Assembly: GCA_951406725.2 (NCBI GenBank)
Contig: OX597822.1
Location: 102,052,001 to 102,116,000, forward strand
Origin: Octopus vulgaris
Taxonomy: Eukaryota
Length of the DNA: 64,000 nt
Direction of reading: 5' to 3'
The position numbers and the translations under genes were made by a program. The notes below the pieces were generated by a model. That model was not told the origin of the DNA, made no database searches, and saw nothing but the letters and a program-made list of their open reading frames with translations. Shown piece by piece: positions 54,360 to 64,000 of this stretch (its first letter is position 1; the number at the start of each line of letters is the position of its first letter).

Positions 54360-55460
54360 ACATAATAGACCAGGCATTGTAGTTTAGGACAGAGAAGACA
54401 AACTATATACAGTAGCAGAAATGAGTTGTCCAGCAGATGTCTACATAAAGATAAAGGTCAACGGAAAAACAAATGCCTAAGCTGAACTACCCAAAACTAT
54501 ATAACTATCCACTGGGACTACTAGTTTAGACTTTGTTTCTACCTATTAATTACTATTAGGGTACTTTAGGGCAGCGAGCTGGCAGAATCGTTAGCACGCC
54601 GTGCGAAATGCTTAGCGGTATTTCGTCTGCCGCTACGTTCTGAGTTCAAATTCCGCCGAGGTCGACTTTCCTTTCATCCTTTCTGGGTCGATAAATTAAG
54701 TACCAGTTACGCACTGGGGTCGATGTAATCGACTTAATACCTATGTCTGTCCTTGTTTGTCCCCTCTATATTTAGCGCCTTGTGGGTAATAAAGAAATAG
54801 GTATTTTGTCTGCCGCTACGTTCTGAGTTCAAATTCCGCCGAGGTCGACTTTCCTTTCATCCTTTCTGGGTCGATAAATTAAGTACCAGTTACGCACTGG
54901 GGTCGATGTAATCGACTTAATACCTATGTCTGTCCTTGTTTGTCCCCTCTATATTTAGCCCCTTGTGGGTAATAAAGAAATAGGTATTTTGTCTGCCGCT
55001 ACGTTCTGAGTTCAAATTCCGCTGAGGTCGACTTTCCCTTTCATCCTTTCTGGGTCGATTAAATAAGTACCAGTTACGCACTGGGGTTGATATAATCGAC
55101 TTAATCCGTTTGTCTGTCCCTGTTCGTCCCCTCTATGTTTAGCTCCTTGTGGGCAATAAAGAAATAAGAATCGTTAACACACTGGACAAAATGCTTACCG
55201 GCATTTCTTCCGGATTTACATTCATTCTGAGTTCAAATTCCGCCGAGAGTGACTTTGAATTTCATCCTTTCTTGGTCGATGTAGTCGACTTTCCCGTCCC
55301 TCAATATTACTAGCCCTGGCCCTGAATAAGAAAGATATGTAATGAACTGCCTCACCACCAATCTTGAATAAATAGGATTCTCAAAATCAGAGAAAGTAGA
55401 AAGCAAATTAGGAAACTTCAGATATAATTTATCAATGAAACTATCAAAATGTGTACAAAA
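54360..55460 (+). pseudogene. Degraded restriction-like-endonuclease (R4/NeSL-type) LINE fragment split by a SINE array
   Basis: HNRPGIVV*DREDKLYTVAEMSCPADV at 54361-54445; probable continuation at ~55340-55460. Confidence 0.5.
54569..55330 (+). mobile_element. Tandem multimer of SINE family B
   Basis: Headed unit, two ~181-bp headless units joined at AAAGAAATA|GGTATTT, then an older partial copy. Confidence 0.88.
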
Positions 55461-55633
55461 GGCGCAGGAGTGGCTGTGTGATAAGTAGCCTGCTTACCAA
55501 CCACATAGTTCCGGGTTCAGTCCCACTGCGTGGCAACTTGGTCAAGTGTCTTCTACTACAGCCTCGGGCCGACCAAAGCCTTGTGAGTGGATTTGGTAGA
55601 CGGAAACTGAAATAAGCCCGTCGTTTATATATT

Positions 55634-55724
<91 letters not shown>

Positions 55725-55860
55725 TTATGTAGAAAAATACAAACTGGGACAAGAACGTAAAACATTTAGAAGACGATACAAAAAACACGGACGGGACATT
55801 CGAAGCCTTCAATCTTCAGTCAAGAACCGGATCATTGTAGCAATTTCGGCTGATTAATCT

Positions 55861-55929
<69 letters not shown>

Positions 55930-56130
55930 ATGTGTATGTGTTTGTCCCCCCCAACATCGCTTGACAACCGATTCTGGTGTGTTTACGTCCCCGTAACTTA
56001 GCGGTTCGGCAAAAGAGACCGATAGAATAAGTACTAGGCTTACAAAGAGAATAAGTCCTGGGGTCGAATTGCTCGACTAAAAGCCGTGCTCCGGCATGGC
56101 CACAGTGAAATGACTGAAACAAGTAAAAGT
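55461..56130 (+). mobile_element. SINE family A with an insertion in its internal (TA)n
   Basis: Head 55461-55625, tail 55940-56130; the insert at ~55730-55860 is related to 35178-35342. Confidence 0.8.
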
Positions 56131-57939
56131 TTATCATATAAGTACATAATCACATGTCTATACACGTCTATACGTTTTGCACATATTTTTATATACTTGG
56201 GTGCACTGCTACTCTATGGATATTGAAATTCTAATGATGTAGCCTTGGATCTAGGTTAGAAACCGGCTCCTTCTCCTTTGGGGACAAATCTAGCAATAAA
56301 AAGTCAATAATAACAGATATTATGCGCTTGGTATTTTAGTACTATTTCATAGTGTACGGAATGAGATTTTACCTCAGATAGTTTGGCAGTGGATGCATGA
56401 ATAATGGTTTGTATCTAAGGATGAGATAAAGAGGACGACCGGTGGACAGAAACAGAGAGATATACAGGGAGAAACTGAGAGACAGAGTGAGACGCAGAAG
56501 GAGAGAAAAAGAGAGAAAAAGATTCCTTCTGTTTATAATGTTCACAAAGGGTTTACATGTAGATTATCAGCGTTCACAGTCGGCAGTTATCGGATATTTT
56601 TGCTTCTCTGCGCTTTGTGCTCTTATTGTACTTTTAATAATTTTGTTGCTGTTCTCGTCATTTTCGTAGTTGTTGTTGTTGTTGTTATTCTTGCTGTTAT
56701 TGTTATTCTTCTTCTTCTTTTTGTTACAGCTGCTGCGTTTGTTATTGCAACAGATGATAATATAAAGTGATGGAAATCAATGAAATCATAACAGCTGTCT
56801 CTTTTAAAGCAAACGATGCGATGCTGAACACTATTGCAAAACCATTTGATTACAACCTTGATGGAACAGCTACGACAAAAGGACTTGTGAAGTCTTTTGC
56901 GAAATGTTATTATCTAATATTGATAAGCTCAAACCTGGATTTATTTCAGATTGCATATTACATAAACAAATAATTCTATCAACGTATGATCATATTGTTA
57001 TACGGTTTAAGGTAGCATTGGATATCGGCAGATATGAAATAAATGTTTTTTAGATACAGATGGCTGACCATGATGTTAGGTAAGTCGACTGATAAATAAA
57101 CAATCAGATTTTGGAACTAGCAAGCCAGCATGTCATCTGCATACATGTACTCAATGAGTAATATAGTTTCTCGATTCAATGAGTTTCAGAAATACAGGAT
57201 GGTCATGGGTGGAATGTCAGTGACCGTCCGTCTGCTTGATGAGGTCTGACCTGAAACACTATAATCTATGTTGATTTCGTCGGGCATTGAGGGACAAGAA
57301 GCATCATGGATACAACTCCTCATCCACCCGATGGTTAAATAAGAATTTTTGATTTAGGCGTGAGGCCAGAAAATTTGAGGATAGACCTGAATCGAATATA
57401 TAGACCCCAATACTTAATCGGCACTTATTTTGTTGACCCATAAAAGATAAAAGACAAATCTGAAGTCGGTGTGTTTTGAATTCACAACATGAAGGGCAGT
57501 GACAATATCGTTTCTAATTTCGACTGAAGGCTAGAAATATTGTTAAAGGAAGTAAGCCGATGCTATCGACCCCAGAGCTTCATGGCTATTTCATTTTATT
57601 GATCCCGGAGGGATAATATGTAGAGTTCACCTCAGTGGGATGGGAACCAAAGCCCTAGAGTAAAAATATTTACCAGTCAATCACTCTCTACTGGGTAAAT
57701 ATTTGTCTGTAAGACAAGCAGAGGGCCAGAAATTTGGTGGGGAGAGTAAGTCTTGAATTTCCCACAGTGTTTTACTGATACCGACTATGCATATGTGTGT
57801 GTGAATGCGTACACATTGAAATGAAATGAAATGGCCATGTGACATCTGACCCTTTTTTCCCCTTTCTCTTTCAGCCTCGCATTATTCATTCTCACTTTTT
57901 TTTTTCTGTCACTCTTTCTCTCCGGCTTAGGAAAATATG

Positions 57940-58140
57940 TTTTTTTATTACCCACAAGGGGCTAAACACAGAGGGGACAAACAAAGACAGACAAACGAAT
58001 TAAGTCGATTACATCGACCCCAGTGCGTAACTGGTACTTTATTTATCGACCCAGAAAGGATGAAAGGCAAAGTCGACCTCGGCGGAATTTGAACTCAGAA
58101 CGTAACGGCATACGAAATACCGCTAAGCATTTCGCCCGGC
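57940..58140 (-). mobile_element. SINE family B
   Basis: Matches the units at 13265-13470. Confidence 0.85.
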
Positions 58141-58964
58141 AAAGTCAGAGTAGAGGAGAGATACTCCTCAAGAGAGTGATGTAAATGGAGAAAGAAATAG
58201 TATGATGCCGGTGATGCTTGTGCCAGTTTGAAAACTTAGTTAAAAGAGTTAACAACAAAAATTTACTGCAACGTTCTTATGTATCAAGAGAATACAAATA
58301 TTTCCCCTTTCCTTACATCGGACAGCGTTGAAAACAGATTACAGAACTATATTTAGAGCAGCACTAAATAGCATACTGACTTACATTAATGCAATATTGG
58401 TCTTTACATTCCTAACGATAAATATTTAAAGGGATTCCAAAGAACAGTTCACCATCCATCAATATACATCTAATGATATTATCAACTGAAAATAAAGAAC
58501 AAACGCATTCCAAGACACACTTCATTGAAACCAACTTGTTAAGTGATTTTCAAAGAAACCTCTAAGTGACATTCAAAGAGTTCTTTGAGTGGTTTTTATC
58601 TCTGATCGGAGTGTAGCATGGCTTTCATTTCCAGAAACTTATCTCTATTACTCCTTAATTAATCCATCGTTGATTTTCGTTACGACTTAACATTGAGTTC
58701 ATGCTAGTTCACAAAAGGATAATTTCTTAAGCAGCTCATTAGTGAAGTGTCAAGCAATACTGCATAAATATCTGTCTAAAGGTAATCGTAGTAATACACT
58801 GAAGTAGTTTAGAATATTAGTTTCTATTTACCTCCTCGGGTGCATCAATCTGTATACGAATATATATGTGTGCTTGCGTGTGCACGTGTACGGGGGTGTG
58901 TGTAAAATTTTCACTTTAGAGAACAGTGTTACTTTCATATAACATATACTCTTTTCTTTTATAC

Positions 58965-59182
58965 TGTTTTACTCTTTTACTTGTTTCAGTCATTTGACTG
59001 CGGCCAGGCTGGAGCACCGCCTTTAGTCGAGCAACTCGACTCCGGGACTTATTCTTTTGTAAGCCCAGTACTTATTCTATCGGTCTCTTTTTGCCGAACC
59101 GCTAAGTGACGGGGACGTAGACACACCAGCATCGGTTGTCAAGCAATGCTAGGGGAACAAACACAGACACACAAACACACAC

Positions 59183-59225
<43 letters not shown>

Positions 59226-59390
59226 TACGACAGGCTTCTTTCAGTTTCCGTCTACCAAATCCACTCACAAGGCATTGGTCGGCCCGGGGCTATAGCAGAA
59301 GACACTTGCCCAAGGTGCCACGCAGTGGGACTGAACCCGGAACCATGTGGTTGGTTAGCAAGCTACTTACCACACAGTCACTCCTGTGCC
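58965..59390 (-). mobile_element. SINE family A
   Basis: Full-length copy. Confidence 0.88.
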
Positions 59391-59421
59391 TATTATCATA
59401 TATCATATATTTCATGTATAC

Positions 59422-59467
<46 letters not shown>

Positions 59468-59588
59468 ATAGTGTAATATATCGATAGGAATGGTGGTAAG
59501 ACAACAAAAGAATGAAAGAGACCTCGATATTATATAAATAGAGGCATTTATCAGTAAAATTAATATGTGACAATTATTCGGTACCCAT

Positions 59589-59649
59589 GATAAAACTCCG
59601 TGTTTCGGATGTCGGGGCGGAAACCCACGTCGCCATCTCTTCAGTTATC
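59589..59649 (-). ncRNA. Type I hammerhead ribozyme motif downstream of the Penelope ORF
   Basis: GAUAA-CUGAAGA-GAUG..CAUC-c-GAAAC-ACGGA-GUU-UUAUC: 5-bp stem I, intact core, GUU triplet. Confidence 0.68.
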
Positions 59650-60699
59650 CGGCCATCGAAAAAATGCTATGAAAATGACCGCTAAACAAAGGAAAATTAC
59701 TGTTATTAAGACAAAAGAGCTATTGGAATGTCTGCTAAGTAAGGGGAGGGAGTAAAGGTAAGGGGGTAAAATGTTCATAGTAGTCACGTAAGCGTGCATG
59801 TCCATACCTACACATGCGCGCCCGCACATCCACGTACATGCGCCTATATGTATATACTCATCCACCCTCACTTGAAACACACACATGCTCACCCACACAT
59901 TCGCCAAAAATATATACATTCCCGCATACATGCTCGAACACACACACGCACCAAAAAAAGGTTCATACACACGTCTATATACGCACATGCGCAAGAAAAA
60001 ACTGGGCTAAAGGCAAAATACAGAAAAAATAGTAAAGAAGTATAAAAAAATAAGCAATAAGAGTAAAACACATCTATATACGCACATACCCGGATGCACG
60101 CACACACGTCTCTATACCCGCATACCCGCACACGTCAATATACGCACACACACACGCGCGCACACAAAAAAAACGTCATACTCACGTCTATATACGCGCA
60201 CACACACGTGTGCACAAAAAAGATCATACGTCTATATACGCACATGCACAAGAAAAAACAGGGTTAAAGGCAAAATAGAGGAAAATATGTAATAAATGTG
60301 TAAAAATAAGCAATGAGTATAACACGTCTATATACACACATACTCGCATGCACGCACACACACACACACACGTCTATATACGCACATACCTGCACACATC
60401 CACACGCGCACACAAAAGATTCCATATACACGTCTACATACGCACAGGGAAAATGCAGGGTGGAAGGTAGAATACAGAAAAAATATGTGTATAAAATATA
60501 TGAGCAATAAGCCTATAAAACAATATCTCTATAAATACGTAAAAAATATATATATGAAAGATATATAAATATATATAAAAATATATAAGAAATATAAGTA
60601 AAATGTAGAGATAAAAAAACTTGTACGTGGACACAATATAGAAAGCAAGTCCTATCTGTAATCTTGGTTGGGGGACCAAAAACGTAACAAATATTTAGC

Positions 60700-61630
60700 C
60701 ACACATGGACATGACCCGAAAAGTTCAGTTCTTGAATTCAGACATGTAGCGGGGATCTAAGCTGCTTTTCCAGATGAGCCGTCTTTCCATATCACAAAGA
60801 CCGCACTTTCCACTGCCGTTGGTGTAGGGCTTACACTTGGCTAAGATCTTCCAATGGATGTTGTAACTGACATTTTTATCTTTTAAGGATAATTTGGATA
60901 ATTTGGTTGTTTTCCTTTTATCCCAGTGCCTGAAGCTCAAGGTGTGATTATTGAACCTGGCCTTGAAATTACCCTCTGTAAGGCCCACGTATTTCTTCGT
61001 CGAAACCGTGTCCTTAGTGGGTATAGAGTCCACGGTGGCTTCATAAATGATGGTCTCGGACATACAAGATCCATTTAGCGGGCGCAAATTTTTATCTCTG
61101 CATGAACAGCTGGTTTCATATTATGGTTTTTGTGTGTTGTGTGCGATTATATTTTTAAAATTAGTAGAGTTGAAACTGATTTTTAAGTTGTGTCTATTGA
61201 AGAGCTTTCTGTAACTATGGTTGACTGGAAAATGTCAACCTATCAGTGCTAAGAAATACTTGCCTATATTGAAGGTCATTTCGGGTGAGTAGGGGGTTGT
61301 GAACCAGATAGTTTTCCTATTCCTATGTTTCCTCTTCTCTATTATTGGACTGATGGCAGGTGAATAGGTTATTTCCTCGCTAAATCCACTATCTTTTAGA
61401 GCTTTATTGTATACTGGGGCAACGCTGTCGAAAATGTCCCTATCGGAGGAGAGGCTAGAAATTCTTTTGCTAATGTTTTTAACTAAATTTTTTAACACTA
61501 TGAGGAGGGATGGTAGGAACCCACATTAATATAACTAAGTCTATCGTTGGGCTTCCTATAAGGCTTATAAATATTCTTATTTAGATCTAATGATACATCT
61601 AGGAAATTGACAACCGTCAGGTTGGTGTCT
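60700..61630 (-). mobile_element. Penelope-like element (RT C-terminus + GIY-YIG), degraded
   Basis: KRISSLSS..YNKALKDSGF..IWFTTPYS, then PLNGSCM..IIYEA..KYVGLTEGNFKARFNNH..WKIL..CGLC. Confidence 0.9.
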
Positions 61631-61799
61631 GTAATCACAAAAACCCATACACACACACAGAGACACACTCAGACATGCACGGACGAGGATACAGAGGTAC
61701 GCACACGCACACACACACATGCATACAAACACACAAACACATGAAAATGTAGAATACATACATACAAACGTACACACATACATACATATATACATACGA

Positions 61800-61830
<31 letters not shown>

Positions 61831-62130
61831 GACATCCATACACGCACAAGCATACATACATACATGCATGCATTCATGCGCGCACACACTGAGCCCACAC
61901 ATGCGCACAAACAAAAAGAACGCAGCTCGGATAACGGACAGAGTCAACAACTATTGAAAACGTTGCAAGATGCACCGAAAATTTTAGAATAATAAATGAG
62001 TGGAAATTTAACCAGTGAGTGTGTTAAATAATAAGGCACTAAAAGAGAATGACTCTACACATACACAATAAAATATGCTTCAACACACGAACTCACATAA
62101 AGAATCTTGCAAACCAAATCCAAAAATGAA

Positions 62131-62241
<111 letters not shown>

Positions 62242-62418
62242 CGCAGGGGTGCTGAAAATTTCAGGAGGATCAGTTAATTTTATTCAACATATTCCCCTCT
62301 CAAATTATCGCAGTGGTCCTTCAGTTTTTCTAAATCCTGTAAAAGAACTCGGAAGATTGGACTTTCAGCCAGGCCTTTCGCGATACCCTTAAAGCCAGGA
62401 ACTTTTCAGCATCCCCTC
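62242..62418. mobile_element. Mariner-like MITE
   Basis: AGGGGTGCTGAAAATTTC ... GAACTTTTCAGCATCCCCT inverted ends. Confidence 0.6.
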
Positions 62419-62423
62419 ACATA

Positions 62424-62501
<78 letters not shown>

Positions 62502-63225
62502 AAGTTATATGAGTGCCTGTGTATATGTCATGTTTATTAATACATTTTATTCCACTTAACTATTTCATAAACCTTTCATTCTTATAATCGGTATTTACTA
62601 ATCATTTTATCAAAATTAATATTGATATGCATGCGTATATATCTTATAAAAATAAGATACAACCTGAATATGTTTGAAGATACAACAGAAAATTTGCATA
62701 GTTCATGTTTTGTCTACCATTAGCAGATCTTGCGACAGCAAGATAGCGGTAGTTTATTTCTTATAATAAACTTCAGACATCATAAATATATTCAGAAGTT
62801 TTTATCATTTCTACCTATGTTAGTTACTTTACATTTAAGTAGTTATATCTAAGTGAACGACTCTCCTTGTCTGGCGATCAAATTATCAAATTTCAGTTGC
62901 ATTTTATTCCAGTAAGTTATATAATAGGGTTATAGTATATTGCATCGATAATCATAACTAATAAAACTTGATATATACATACCGGATAATGAAGTTACAA
63001 GAATCTTCATCGGAGACTGATATAATATAATTTGTAGATTTTACAATATTAATGTACTTCCTCTAAAGTATTCGTGCGATCGGATCCAGAGTGAAGGTCA
63101 ACAATCTCTCAACTTTTTAACTTATGTAGCAGGTAGATGTTAAATAGTTACTGGTGAGGAGAAAAGTTAAGGATTTTGAAGATTGTAAGAATATAATCCA
63201 AAGTTTGCGGGATTTATGTAGAGAA

Positions 63226-63600
63226 CTAGCAGACACACCCGGCGTTGCTCTGGATTTAAATTACATAGTTTGTATGCATGGTATAGTTAAGTTGAAACAT
63301 GTGATACGGGGAAGTGCAGCATTGGCGACAAAACATTTGTGGAGTAAATGAAGAGTTAATACGACTAAGTGACACGTCATGCGTCTCTCTGGAAAATTCC
63401 AGGCCCTAACCGTGTCATCGAAAAGTGGGTGGGGTATATGATTTTTTTAACACACCAAAAAGCTCTCAGCGAATATACTCTCCTTCACAGCTGGTTAATT
63501 GGGTATTTCATCAGGGGAGAATTTTCCAGAAAGGAGTTACATTTTCCAAAGTGTCGATCGACCCTTGACAGACTCAGATGTATGCATTTTGGCAATGTAT
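63226..63600 (-). mobile_element. Non-autonomous Helitron, 3' part
   Basis: A-CTAGCAGACACACCCGGCGTTGCTCTGG resembles the other Helitron 3' ends. Confidence 0.6.
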
Positions 63601-63627
63601 GCATTAAAAAAAAAACCACTATTAGCA

Positions 63628-63698
<71 letters not shown>

Positions 63699-63845
63699 TA
63701 TATTAAATTAGAGATAAAACCACTATTAGGCAAATCAAACAGTGAAAAACATAAGCCAATACATAAAATTAATTTTAAAATATAAAAGTTAAAAATTTAA
63801 AAATTATTAAAATAATTTAAACTTATAAATTTTAAATATATATAT

Positions 63846-63903
<58 letters not shown>

Positions 63904-63920
63904 TTTGTTTATTAATTAAT

Positions 63921-63951
<31 letters not shown>

Positions 63952-64000
63952 TTAATTTTTTTATTTAATTTTTTTTATATAAATATCAAAAGTATTAAAA

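Noticed and set aside
56729-56973. Possible host exon (ORF 56767-56973 after a pyrimidine tract and AG)
   Set aside because: No recognisable protein similarity or clear donor site; cannot be supported without RNA data.
57115-57185. EYMYADD RT-like motif on the minus strand
   Set aside because: Too short and degraded to assign; possibly an old RTE fragment.
57237-57265. TTGATGA-GGTCTGACCT-GAAAC hammerhead-like string
   Set aside because: No stem I or stem III pairing.
62975-63125. Possible micro-exons on the minus strand
   Set aside because: Only a GTATGT donor-like match; weak acceptor and no recognisable peptide.

Overview
AT-rich, microsatellite-dense eukaryotic repeat DNA with no host gene I can support. 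The repeat set (tRNA-derived SINEs, Penelope-like elements, R4/Dong, RTE, CR1- and Tx1-type LINEs, Tc1/mariner, hAT, non-autonomous Helitrons) looks like a cephalopod genome, probably Octopus; this is an inference. Most ORFs in the track are simple-repeat artefacts. The main signal is a set of type I hammerhead ribozyme (HHR) motifs in short non-coding elements between (TA)n tracts. There are at least four unrelated families with foldable cores, including canonical C3-G8 cores and two families with compensatory swaps of the 3-8 tertiary pair (U3-A8 and G3-C8). Several sit in fold-back inverted repeats. One lies in a circularly permuted ~356-nt monomer resembling a retrozyme or circRNA, and one lies downstream of a Penelope GIY-YIG ORF. 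All folds were made by eye and no activity is demonstrated. Element boundaries are approximate unless termini are quoted.
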